This document shows positions 39,901 through 51,530 of a DNA stretch of 64,000 nucleotides, piece after piece. This stretch comes from Ophelia neglecta (Eukaryota). Each line of letters opens with the position of its first letter. Position 1 is the stretch's first letter. The notes beneath the pieces were generated by a model, which was given only the letters and a program-made list of their open reading frames with translations, searched no databases and was not told the DNA's origin. A program made the translations under genes and the position numbers. The stretch covers positions 19,530,001-19,594,000 of the forward strand of contig OZ260666.1 of NCBI GenBank assembly GCA_965285935.1, written 5' to 3'.

Positions 39901-42900
39901 AACCACATGCACCTATTTTCACGGAAATATCGTCCAAAGCGATGTCCCCATCATACGCAGTCCCTCTCACACCTTCCCAACCAATCTTTAGGAGGAAAAT
40001 GTTTGAATAATAAAACATTACAAATTAGTTTTGTTGATTTTAAAACGCTGTCTCTACATACTATAAGTGTTGATAGAAATTATTTATATGTTGCTAGGAA
40101 CGGAGAACCCCAAAACGTATGGATCCATAAAACAGAATTCAGAATTGTCCTCCTAGTCATATGTACATCTAATAAGGGCCAATGTCCGAGAGTAAGCGTC
40201 TAGGAGGTAATTGAGCCTCTGCAGTGTCTCCGGGGTAGTTGGTACTGACGGAGGGCATTTTTTATACATTCGCTTGAGGTCAATGCCTGATCATGTTTTT
40301 TCTGGCAATGTACAACAGTTCTATAAGCATCATGTAGCTTCGGATAGGGAGTTTACTGCCCATATTAAATGGATCATCCCCACATTGCTATCCCAGAAGA
40401 AAGGCTACTCCTCAACGAGTTTTTTAAAGTTGTATTTATTCCACACAGAAACATCGCTTGTCATGTATTAAAATCATAAGTGAGAAATCTTTCGGGGAAT
40501 ACAGAAAACTCTTTCGAGGTATTTTTAAAGTGTTCTACAAATATTTTTTCTCATGGGAAATAACAGATTCTTCCAATGATGCCTCTTAGCTAATAGATTA
40601 TGCAAAGGTAATTCTATTATATGATATTGCTTGAAAAAGAATTGAAGAAAAGAGAAGGTTTCGTTCTACGGCGTTATATCATTTAACTAGATGGCACATA
40701 AATCAATGAATCTTATATCTAACATAAAGCATGCGACATAATAAGGGTAGTAAACCTATTGCGTCCGATAGAAATTGCTCTATATTGATAATACTTGGTT
40801 AGATTCACCTTATTATAACCGGACCCTAAGTTGACTGTTGTGGAGTGGGTTAGCCACGAAGACCCCTTGTCACCGCTCTCACTCCAGACGACAGACCTGG
40901 TGTTCCCGGATTTCTCTTTATACAGTCTTAGTTCTCCTACTGTGCTTCCATACATGTGATAGGCGAACTCCACACAGTAGGTGTTCCCAGACAGTGTTTG
41001 GGTGCTGATCCTGCATTGTAAAACATAAGGGTACAAGTCTACACGTTCCTTGTATTTTTCTATATTGGTATCGAACAAAGTAGATTTTAGTGGCACGCTT
41101 TCTGCGTCCTCGGTCCTTTCATGCGGATTACGACAGGGGTCAATCCTAGGCCCGCTACTATTAGTGGCAAGGTTACAAGTAAATAAACTTACTCTTAACG
41201 TTATTTAAGTAGTATTTAATATCATAAAATTATGATATTTAGACCAGGTAAACTTTACATCTCACGTACTTTTAAATGATCAAAATACTATGATTGAGTC
41301 TACAGAATTTCTGGGAATTGTTATCGATTCATGTTTAACCTGGCGTCAACATATTCATTATATTAGTGGGAAGGTGGCAAGAGGCCTCGGCATGTTTATA
41401 AGCTAGGAAGAATCTTGACAAAAATACTCTTTTGTCACTATATTATTCATTTGTATTTCCATACTTCAGTTACTGCCCATAGCTATGGGGCATTGTTCGT
41501 ATTAGTTGATATTCGTATTATATTGATCCTTTGTATAAACTACAGTAATGAGCGGTTCAGCTGATAACCGTCTCAAAAAGAGATACGCCTTCTCAAACCT
41601 TCTTTAATAAGATGTGTATTTACCAATCCAGGTGTTATATAAATATTCCCTACAAATGTTTATTTACAAGGCTATTAGTGGAATTACACCTGGGTGTGTT
41701 GTCTTATCGTTCTCGTTTAATTGCAATATTTATAACTATGGCACAAGACAGTCGTCTTACATGCACGTTCTCAAAATAAAACCAAATGTAAAGCTTCGAT
41801 GTGAAACTTATCAAGCTATCCTTTCATATAACACTATATTGGACACGATTGATTACAATTGCTCAATTAATTGTTTTAAAAATGAATTAAAAGCCCTGCT
41901 CCTAACCTCAGGTTAGACAACACGAGATTTATGTAATATTGCCCTACGGCGTTGGAGGTCAGTAGCTCTTGTAGGTAAGCTTCGGGGGATTCTGCTCATT
42001 ACTTACTGGGCAAGATGGCCAGTCGCACTCATGTTCACTTTAGTATATTGTTATATCAGATTCTTGTTAGAGGTGTTCTCTTTTGCATACAGATTAAGAG
42101 CCACGTTGCTGTGCGACTGTAAATGTGTTAACCATTAATATTATAAACATTCAACTGAACACTGCGACAGTTCTTGCTTGCCGCGTATTAATGTACTTTT
42201 TGGAATGCTGTAGAACTATCTTGGGGCCAATAAGCTGCATTAGGTTCACCTACCCCTTTTGTAACTTTGTTACTTATTTCTGTTGAATTGCAATATGTTC
42301 AACTTGCATATGGCAATAAAGAGATTATATTATATTTTATTTTAGTAGGATTATTACCAACCATTTAAGGAGCTTGAAACGAGTACTGATAAGCCCCTTA
42401 TTTTAAACTACGTCATAGCCATTGCGTGTATTGTTATTGATTTCGCTTTGTCCACCAGGTATACATTTTCTTTTGATTATTCTTTGACAGCGTGGTTGAG
42501 CCAAGACAAGCAGAACCTCGGTGTTAAAAGTACAATTTTGAAATAAACAATACCTGGCGCTCTCTCCCTGGGCTTTCGAGGTCGCCTCGATGTAGACGTA
42601 GTAATCTGTCCCCCCGTGGCCGGAGTCTGGTCCCGTCCGAGAGGACGGTGTTGGCCCAGAGAGTCGATTCCAATCAAAGTTATCTGTTGGATCCTGAACA
42701 ATGTTACACGGATTTTCGAAGTCACATGTGATATCTGAAACAGTGACAATTCAGGCAAAAATATATTGTCAAATACATCATTTTCCATTTTTAAAGTATT
42801 TCAATATTAGAGCCTTAATCATGATGGAAAACTCTGATTAGTTTTAAAATGATAGCAATATGCCCCAAGTCAACTTTATATTTGACACTGCTTCAGGGAC

Positions 42901-44479
42901 AATGAAAATGATACATTTTGTAAGGACAATTTGCAAGCCAGCTAAATAAAATTACGTGCACATGAATGCTAAAAGATAATTATTTGATAAGATAAGAAGG
43001 TTCGGACTGAAATAGGATATGCATAATGTGTTTTATAGATGTCATCTTAATACTGCCTTCTGACTGTTATCATTGGTATTTGTATTTCCTCCTTGATCCC
43101 GAATTGCACTGGATTGTTCGTTGTTCTTACGCCTACAGTCATCATTTTCACCAAGTAATGATCGGCGCGATAAACATTGGTGTAAATGAAATGAAGCGTG
43201 CGAGATTGAACCTCTTTATATATAATTCGTGCGAGCTTGATAGATAACCTGTATGATTACTGGGCGAAGGCTATCAACAAAGTCTAGAAATGAATTTTGA
43301 ACACATACCTCGATGTGTTTTGGTAACCGAAAATATACGCATTCCCGCTCGCAATTTCATGCTGGACATTTGGTTTCAACTTTCAGAATTTTATGTTAGT
43401 AGTAATACATTTTCTTACCTTATACTACTCATTATTGCTACAAAGAATTAACGTGCAAATGAAAGTATAAATTTTGATTTCATATCATCCTAGCTGTTCT
43501 GGGTAGAGACCAGACGGTCTAGAGTTTTATTTTACCCACGAAGATAGACGATCAAGCCTCAGTGCTTAAAATATACTTTGTACTGAAGAATTGTGCTGGG
43601 AATTTTTTCCTATTACTTCGCTGATTGATCTACATTTTAGAAGATAGCAATCTATAGTATTTTACTTCCGGAAAGTTGATCACAATATGTGTACGCTTTA
43701 TTCATTTTCATTTGCATGTGACATACGTTTGTATACGTACCCTGTTGTGCTGTAGAGTCCACTCTGTAAAGAGAAAAATAAGGTATAACATGTGTATATA
43801 CCTTCGTTTTTACTGACCCAATAGCGTCCAAACCAAAATATATCAATTGTCTTTACAAATGTTTCACTTACATAGACAGGGAGTTTTAACAGGATATGAC
43901 TATATAACAATACTAACCTCAGTAGAAATATATTAACTTAATATAAGACCAATCGAAATAACTGTATATGCTTTAGTTGTTTCGTAAATTCAGGTTTTTT
44001 TAAAAATCAAAAGTACAATTCCATCGCATGCAACACATCAGTGATTTCTTAAGGTACCAACTGATCGGTTAGCTTTGAAGATGCCTTTGAATTCCGTGGG
44101 GTGAGTTGGGGGTGGGGGTGGGAGTGGGAGTGGTCTCATCTAGAAAAGAAGCACTCTGAAGTCTAGTTTCCAAAACACAAAATTCGCTGACACCATCACT
44201 GAGGCATTCTTCTCTTTAGAAGAAATGTGTCGCTTATTCTATAAGGAAAACATAAACCTAAAACACATTCTCCCTCCACTCCCCCCCCCCCCCAATTCCC
44301 CCGACCCTATGGAAATAGAGTGCGTTTCCCTTGTGTTCAATCGTTACATATCATCCGGTTGTTGTTATCAATAGCATTGTTAATAGTATTAAAAGTCATG
44401 TTCATTTATGAAATGTCTTTACTCACAAGCATAATATCAAGATGAATCCGAGCACGGGTCTTTTGTCACCAGGCATCAT
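23311..44479 (-). CDS. Gene A: secreted MAM/EGF multidomain polyprotease (5 MAM, 9 EGF, one inactive + one active S1/trypsin-fold domain), ~1711 aa
   Basis: Hand-spliced exons (5'->3'): 44479-44427, 43763-43741, 42734-42554, 41010-40809, 39985-39895, 39208-39016, 38914-38713, 38286-38196, 37674-37558, 36872-36680, 36579-36378, 35979-35889, 35373-35257, 34053-33861, 33612-33417, 32811-32721, 32516-32397, 31768-31649, 31327-31208, 30730-30544, 30366-30171, 29934-29844, 29658-29536, 29238-29122, 28219-27997, 27686-27397, 27114-26975, 26661-26511, 26183-26067, 25651-25535, 24900-24666, 24442-24174, 23948-23815, 23460-23311. All have AG acceptors and GT donors (one GC), phases are compatible throughout, the total is 5136 nt, and it ends WIKRYV-TAA. 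Confidence 0.9.
25535..26183 (-). CDS. Gene A two EGF domains between the protease domains
   Basis: 117-nt phase 1-1 exons: [26 protein letters not shown] and [26 protein letters not shown]. Confidence 0.92.
26511..28219 (-). CDS. Gene A catalytically inactive serine protease homologue domain (4 exons)
   Basis: CG..GR|[14 protein letters not shown]; LTGAFC (His57 to Phe); DSNIAVIRL (Asp102 to Asn); PICLP; GWG; MCAG; CDGDYGGG (Ser195 to Tyr); [10 protein letters not shown]. Confidence 0.92.
27240..27378. repeat. Short intronic tandem duplication (~83-bp period)
   Basis: ttagttcttgctct(c/t)tctaaaacaa(g/t)tatgagg at 27240 and 27323; aggtgatttactt(a/t)agc also occurs twice. Confidence 0.65.
28716..28824 (-). 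pseudogene. Decayed EGF pseudo-exon in gene A intron
   Basis: Acceptor ttttcttag, then TPNSCL / 1-nt frameshift / [28 protein letters not shown]-stop. The first Cys is missing and there is no GT donor at the expected position. Confidence 0.75.
29122..30730 (-). CDS. Gene A MAM domain 5 + two EGF domains
   Basis: [10 protein letters not shown].. (187 nt), [11 protein letters not shown] (196 nt), TWEGVRG..GDIALDD (91 nt), EGF exons 29658-29536 and 29238-29122. Exon lengths are identical to gene B 59912-57579. Confidence 0.92.
31208..34053 (-). CDS. Gene A MAM domain 4 + three EGF domains
   Basis: [10 protein letters not shown].. (34053-33861), [11 protein letters not shown] (33612-33417, GC donor), WEGVRG..GDIALDD (32811-32721); six-Cys EGF exons of 120 nt at 32516-32397, 31768-31649, 31327-31208. 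Confidence 0.88.
31368..31544. mobile_element. Tc1/mariner (pogo/Tigger-like) MITE in gene A intron
   Basis: TA|cagtgaaatctgacaattagggaca ... tgtcctttaggccaggttttactt|TA; imperfect TIRs, TA flanks, internal tgtcc(c/t)t subrepeats. Confidence 0.65.
32517..32627 (-). pseudogene. Half EGF exon remnant fused to the acceptor region of the next EGF exon
   Basis: Acceptor ttcctttag then [16 protein letters not shown] (3 Cys only), followed directly by intron-like sequence ending ttagttccag. Confidence 0.7.
35257..36872 (-). CDS. Gene A MAM domain 3 + EGF (4 exons; duplicate of MAM2-EGF)
   Basis: Same motifs and exon lengths (193/202/91/117) as 37558-39208. Confidence 0.92.
37558..39208 (-). CDS. 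Gene A MAM domain 2 + EGF (4 exons)
   Basis: [26 protein letters not shown] / [10 protein letters not shown] / WEGVRG..DIALDD / [22 protein letters not shown]; exons 193/202/91/117 nt. Confidence 0.92.
39895..42734 (-). CDS. Gene A MAM domain 1 (3 exons)
   Basis: [27 protein letters not shown] / [16 protein letters not shown] / [19 protein letters not shown]; exon lengths 181/202/91 nt. Confidence 0.92.
41105..42342 (+). mobile_element. Decayed, 5'-truncated non-LTR retrotransposon (L2/CR1-type ORF2 C-terminus + 3' UTR), antisense in gene A intron
   Basis: [15 protein letters not shown] (RT motif cf. [13 protein letters not shown]), [40 protein letters not shown], with stops and frameshifts; ends aataaa plus an (attat)n-like tail. 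Confidence 0.85.
43741..44479 (-). CDS. Gene A signal peptide exons ([25 protein letters not shown])
   Basis: Exon 44485-44427 (acceptor tttcaatag, donor gtgagt) and micro-exon 43763-43741 (tttacag / gtacgt) splice in frame into the first MAM exon. The peptide has basic residues, a hydrophobic core and an S-T-A cleavage motif. Confidence 0.72.
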
Positions 44480-47400
44480 GTACACCTATTGAAAGAAATA
44501 CAATTAAATACCTCATATGAATTGTTAAAGTGTGTTAAATGGAAATTCGTATAAAGTAGACTGCTGGATAATACAAAGGCATGTCTGGTCTTAGTAAAAA
44601 AAAAGTTGAAAAGGAGAAGTGGTGAAAACATTGCCGTTTATGATTAGCTGTAATAAATATATAGTTCAGAATAATACTGGGATTCATTCTGGCGGATGAA
44701 TAAGTGGCTCAGATAAATGCTTCCTCTTGATCTGTAGGATACATTTAAAATGTGGATACCTGTATCCGGCAATGCAACGGAAGTGATGCAATAGTACAGT
44801 ACAATAACCCTGCCCTAACCCACCAGTTAGAGCAACATTGCCAAACACACATACAGCGCTGAATTAGGACGGCTAAAAATATTAATCAAAAGGGTGCGAA
44901 CTTGGTGTACGTTTCCATTGAAGCAGGCATGTTTTATTTTCGATAATGTGCCTCCGTGCCTTATTCTCGATTATGTGCTTCGTGCTTATTTTCAATATTG
45001 TGCCTCACTATACAATATGATACGATCTAGTGAAAATAGACGACCACTGTTGCCAGCCATGTCTGTAGTACGTTTTTACTACACAGACAAGCGAGCTGGT
45101 CAAGGGAAAATCCCTTTCAAAGTTGTGCACCCTCGCTGTTGTTACAAATCGCTTAAGGCTTTTGGGGCTTAAGTGTGTCGGGACGTCTGAATAGCAAACA
45201 CCTGTACAATTTAACAATTTCCACGAATCGACAATCTATATCTCGCCTCATCATCCTGTAACTTTTATTAAAGTGTAATGATGGTCGGGCGTCTTCAAAA
45301 ACAGGTTTCAGTGTAAATGTATAAGAAACTTAATAGAAATACAGGAGTAATAATAACAAGGACTAGTACGCGGACCGGTTGAGAAGACCACTACCTGAGT
45401 GGTTTATTCCGCGCATAGCGCTTAGTGGAAGCACTTTCATAGGTAATAATTGATAAAATAAGCTAGCCATGCACTATTATAAATAAATGAAAAAAAACAG
45501 TAAATCTCTCCTGTATTTCTTCAATCCCTTGCATGATGCCTGCGTTTTATGATGTATGTTAAGTTATTTTAGTGCTGAGATAGAACGATATCAACATTAT
45601 CCAATTCTGTGTACAATTGGCTGTCTAAATTTTAATTGGCAACGTCGCCCATAATTGCACGTTTGAATGGCAATAACAATGTTGTACCTATTTAACTCGG
45701 TCATACCAGCAAAAAACGCAACTTCGGTACACTGGAGACGTCAATGGAAATGCACACTAAATCGGTCAAAGTTTTCGTTCAGCTCTATTAGCAATCAATC
45801 TGCGCCAATTACCGAGTTCAGTTTATATCGTACATTACATCGTACCAAAATGTATCTAGAGGTCTTAAAGCGTTGTTATTTCATGCCAAGGATAGCTCCT
45901 TTAACATGATGAATTTGCTCTAGCAGGTGCTGTTCTTGTATAAACGTTACGCTGATCTCGGACTCGGTTATGCTCGGCATTCGCTCGTCAATTTAGCCGA
46001 TTATTATCTGCTCGTGTTCATTAGTCGACACTACATCTCGTCGTCAGCTGGATTGATTCACCCCCTTATTCGAGGTAATAGTCTTGAACTCAATCTTTAA
46101 CCTACATTCAATATCAATTCTTCACTTAATACTTTCTTTGGTCTGTGGGATATCATTTCCAGTGTTTTTACATGGCACATTATAATAGCATATTTCTTTT
46201 TCAGCCCAGTGATCAACGTTTCGTTGCTATCGGCAAAAATCATGTATTTCTAAATGCATTGGCGAAGAAATGCAGCAAACATGACTTATTATTAAGCAGT
46301 TTCTATTTAATGCTTTAACTTATATATGTTATCATTTTACCCTCCCCCCCCCCCCCCCGAATACATTGTAGCCAATAAATATTTATATACCATGCTATAT
46401 AACATGTTTATAACATGTTTATTTCTCTCCTTTCATAACATATACATACGTATTGAAGCGTCTGCATAAATCGCGTGCACCCAGCCATGAACGATCTTAA
46501 AGTCAACTTAGTGTAACTATTTTGCCCCATTATCGGGCAATTAAACCTGCATCAAATTGAATTGGCGTCTGTATTAACAATATTGGCCCTCGTTTGTATC
46601 GAATCTAGTCTTCTACATTATTATATTTCTTCCTTATGACAAGCTATTGGATTTATGAAAACATTTCGTCCATACAAACTGGTGTATTTCATGTAAACAT
46701 GCGATCACGAATCTCGAAGACTTCCAAGGAACCTGCCCGCTAGCTGGGTAAATCTTAATATGCACACTTAATTCCTCACAGGTGGAGTGGCGTTCACTTA
46801 AATACCTACTTATATGAAATAAAAATACACTATGTCTCACGTGAGCGGTGCATGGAAAGTTTGCTTTCACCTGGTAGTTTACAGAAGGCATTATCTCAGG
46901 TTTGTCAACAGAAATTATATTAGTCACTATGTCACTATGTACCAAGACATCGCAAAACAAATATTGAACAGAAATATTGCAGGTCTGTTATGACGGGGGA
47001 TGGCAAAGTTCATAGACTCATTATGTCAGGATTCGGAGTTGACTGTCGTCTTTATGATGGCAGTTTGCTAGTCTCTGCCTAGATGAACTAATATCTAACT
47101 AGGCAAAGACATAGGGTAGACACAGAGTGAATCTTATACTTGACAGAAGGTTAATTCTTATATGATCCTATCCACCTTAAACGCTTGTTTTGTTTATTCT
47201 ATGACCGGTAGGGGCCGAGGATCATCCCTTCTGTACTGACGACATTGGCCAAGAAGCCGCCACCGGCGGGCTTTAAGGGCTTTTGCCCTGGGCTTCTCCT
47301 CCAATTAAAACAGATGAAGGAGGCTCCGGCGCCTGCAAACTTTGTCAATATTACTAATTAAGAATATTGGGAACTCTTCTGGGAGGGAAACTTATTCATT

Positions 47401-47589
47401 ATGACGTAAAACATGCATATGCTATGGACACAGCTGCGCTACATGCGATCTTTTCTTAGTTTCTTAGTTTTCAATGGTGTGTCTTATATTCACAGCAAAG
47501 TCCTTATACACATATGCAAAATTACACTTTAATATATAGGCAGAGCTTTTCTGGCATGAACTAAGTTACAATACAACAAGGGTTCTTAC

Positions 47590-47774
47590 CTTCGTACTAA
47601 CTGACATGACCTACCGTCAATGAATATCACGTTTTGCCGTTTTCACACGCACTGACTGTATGTCACGACTTTTCCTCTGTCTACAGAGTCCAGCACCGCA
47701 CGTCTTGCTTTCTCAAACCTCCTGATTGAATGAATGGCCATGAATGGCTTATGGTTAGCACGATTTCTATTTAA
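47590..47774 (-). promoter_or_regulatory. Candidate promoter and first exon of gene A
   Basis: TATA-like TTAAATAG (47774-47767) lies about 29 nt before an Inr-like CCATTC (~47745), and there is a strong donor AAG|GTAAGA at 47590. The signal-peptide exon has an acceptor, so an upstream exon is expected. There is no transcript evidence. Confidence 0.3.
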
Positions 47775-50116
47775 GCGGATCCAGCAGGTATGCACGGGAA
47801 TCAAGTCGTCCTTATTGTTTATTAAAGCAAAAGAAGCGTGGGCTGTTTGGCTGCAAATCAAACCCACCTGAAAGGAGAAATTACAGAAGAACCTACCCCA
47901 CTCCCTTCACCCTGCCCCTCTTAGCAGTTACTTAACAGTGTTACAGCCCCCGAATGCAGCTCTGCCCAAACCCCCCTCACCAGGTGCCCTCAGCCCGCCT
48001 CCCTCTATCAACATCCTATCAGTGCCTCTTACATGTGTCCTCTACCAATCACAAGATGTTTCCTTGTACCAGGGGGATTTTCTTTCTTGGGGGAATTTTT
48101 GACTAAGGCGACCAAGGAGTTTTTTGATCCGAAATACCTGGCATAGAAACATTGATAGCATGTGTAAACATGTGTCGTGGCACGATCAAAATTTATGACC
48201 AAGTTATATGCATGTGTGTTTATTCTTTATCGGGGTACACACCTTCAATATATCTTAATAGAGTGCTGTGGTCATGGTCTATGGTTTCTATGTTGTCAAT
48301 AGCTGTTCGTGAGTCACACGAATGGGATTGTCCAATAGCGGATCTAGGATGGGAGGGGTGAGGTTGGCCGGGTATGACAGTTTCTATCTACTATTAAGGT
48401 TCTCTTGTAATAGTCTAGCGATGGCTATCTTTATTCAGTGCTGTGTGCCCTGCGTTATTCGCTTGGGCGCCCCTATGGAAAGATCAGTTTCCAAGCAGAC
48501 ATTAACGTTAGTTAACATTTGATTTCAAGTTAAGATTGCTATTTGCGAAGTAGCTTGTGATTTGATCTATCGTGATAGTGTTTCGACATATCTAAAGGCT
48601 ACACAATTTGCACTCTGGTCCAAAACGAGTAAACTAAGGACAATAATTCCACCGTTCTGGTTACCCTTAAATATCTTCATACCATTAGTCTAACCCCTTC
48701 CGTTATGTTTTGACCCCTCCATTAACAGGGTTCACATTACCTGTTTACCTTATTAATGTTCTACTAGATCTATGCAGAGGTAACACAATTTCGGAATTAT
48801 TATTTCCGACGATAAGCGAAATATAGCGAACAACTGTTTCAAATCTCTTAATTATTTACCGTCTAACTAGACCTAAGCCGACAAAATGTTATACATGATT
48901 AGTAACAGTAATGCGGAGGAAGACCAGTTTGAGTTATTACTCGAAAAACAACTAAGACACCTCAATACGAATTAAAACCATATACGGACATAAGACAAAG
49001 AATGTTGATTCCCGAAATGTCATTGATACACGTAGCAAGGGGAGAAAACATTATAGGGCGTGTACGTGGTGTCTTGAAAAAAAAATACATTTCGTAATAA
49101 ATTGAAACAAGTCGAGTCTTGGAACAATGTTTGACCCAGACTGGGTTTCTACCTTAGGTCCATATGAAATCTGTCACTGCATCCGGATACAACCGGCATA
49201 CACACAGTATTGCAGATTTATGTGGTGATCACTTTGAACGACCTTTCGCAGTTATTTAATAGGTATAGACGGGAATACGCCAAAAACATGTGATATTTTA
49301 CTGTCACAATAATGTAGTTGCGAAAGTCGTGCATTTGGGATATTGTAACGCGCATACATTGATATAAAAATACAAATACAATCTGTAATATTGATTCCAT
49401 ATACATTTTCGTACTAATTAGTAATACTTATTAATTTTTGTTATATAGCATGCAAAATAGCGTCTTTTAGACCAGGATTTATTGCATCAGTTTAAAGATT
49501 ATGTACACAATATGTTAATGAGAATCAAATCGTCTGCTACTCTCCATAAAGTAGGAAATATCTTGTTCGCATAGTATAAACGAACGTCATCATTCAATCT
49601 GTTAATGAAAGCCTATAATTATCTTTAAAAATATTGAAATTGCATAATAGAACATTGATAACTTTTAAAAAAGACTGAACTCCGAAAACAGAATTCTATA
49701 CAGCACTACTTGATAATTATATCTGTATATACATCGATAAACATATATATATTGTATTATTGTCATACCTTTAAGAGTAAATACTATATTATCGTCAGTG
49801 ATATATTTTATATTTTGTCTAAGACACACTAATTTGTTTTGGAAATAGTCCAACCGGCCCCTAGATGTCAAATAATATTTGTGCTCCAGACGTTTGTTTT
49901 GAAGTTAGATCATTTGAGTGTCAATGGTTACCGGTCGAGAATAGCCTTCAATGATTAACATTACATCTCTGAATTAAAATATGCTATTCGCTTTCTACTG
50001 TAACACACATCATTTCCATCAGAAAGTTAAAGAATTAAATTGAAATAAAAAAATAAAATGCGAAGTTTTCGATGTGGTAAGTGCAAATTTCATTTTGTTT
50101 ATTAACTGGTAATAGT

Positions 50117-51530
50117 TTATACATATTTTCTTATCCAGTCAAGATGGGGAGAGACTCGCGAAAAGATCCCGGGCAGGTCACAGTGTTCGCTCCCACGGCT
50201 GACGATACCGTACACCGAGTATCTGCCATCACTATCTAAACATTGCAAGGGGCCTCCCGAGTCACCCTGTAAGGAACACAGGAAGTGTGTAAGAAGAAAA
50301 ATCACTGGAGCCACACACATGCACAGTACATGGTAAACATTATTCAAATGTAAAAATGAATTATTTGTACTTTAGTCCAGCTCAGATCCGTCTTCCAGTC
50401 TAACTGATCTGGTCAGTGCAATTTCACTTTCAATTTGCCTACCAGACTATTGACTGCTGTAAGTGTTTGGAATATGATTCACATTGCAACAATCGACAAT
50501 CACTTGGTTACCTTGCACACAGTTTTAGCATGGGTACCAGCACACATATTGCTGTCCGTTAATTCACCGCCATACCAATAAATACGTCGACACAGTTTCT
50601 GGTCAACCAATGGTATATTTACTGCTTGCAATATATTGGATCTGTCAGTGTAATTTCCTGGAATAATAAATCGCGCTGTATGCCCTCTGACATTTGTTTC
50701 TTCATTAATTCAATACAGGTTAATATTTCCTTAGTCATTAAATCTTACATTACATCAATAGTCATTTAAACCTATCGGTTGTTCAACGGAAATTTATTGC
50801 CCACCATGGAACAAACCCCATCCTGTGGCCACGCAGTTGGTTCCTGGCGGGGGTTCGATATCTGGAGATGGCGGCAGACAGACGGGCTGTATATAATCCT
50901 TCCCAGTGACAGCAGATGCAAGGTGAAACAAAGCCAAATCATTGTCAATAGTTCGTGGAGTTTCTGTGTAGTTCGGATGTTTGATCACGCTGATTACTCG
51001 TATGCTACGTTCATAAGTATCGTACGTGTCCAATCTGTACTCTCCAACTTTCACAGTGTATTCACGAGGGGAGTTACATTTCCTACGATTCATAAAACCA
51101 AAGTAAGGAATTCTCGTTGGAAGATCAATATAAAGCTTTCTCAGCAAGTGTTTTAAATCTAAATACATTAACAATAGTGTCCGTACATAAATGTAAGAAC
51201 ATATCTCTTACTTTAGGCCTATTGACTTCCTATTTTCTGATTTATGCTAATGGAGGAAAATCATGAGAAAGTAAACAAATAGGGTTGGCTCGTAAAAGTA
51301 ATAATGAATGACTTACGCGCAGTGGCCGGCTGACAGCACCCAACTTTCTGATATCAGTACTCCTCCACACGTGAATTTGTTAGTGCGATTAACTAGGCAC
51401 TCTACCAGGACTTGCCAAGGCCAGTCACCGTACTCTGTATCATAACCATTGACAAGCCTAGCTGGTGTTGGTCCGTCCTCCAGTGAGGGCTCCGATGACC
51501 GGTTCGACATTGCTAAGCCACAGCGCCGAC
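50117..51530 (-). CDS. Gene B C-terminal active S1 serine protease domain
   Basis: PAR|[16 protein letters not shown]; LSAGHC; DNDLALF; GDSGGPL; [14 protein letters not shown] stop. Confidence 0.94.

Noticed and set aside
41614-41916. 100-aa plus-strand ORF
   Set aside because: It is the C-terminal remnant of the decayed LINE ORF2, not a host gene.
50779-51156. Plus-strand ORFs antisense to protease/MAM exons (also 24256-24477, 30572-30796, 53846-54154)
   Set aside because: They are shadow ORFs of GC-richer coding exons on the opposite strand.
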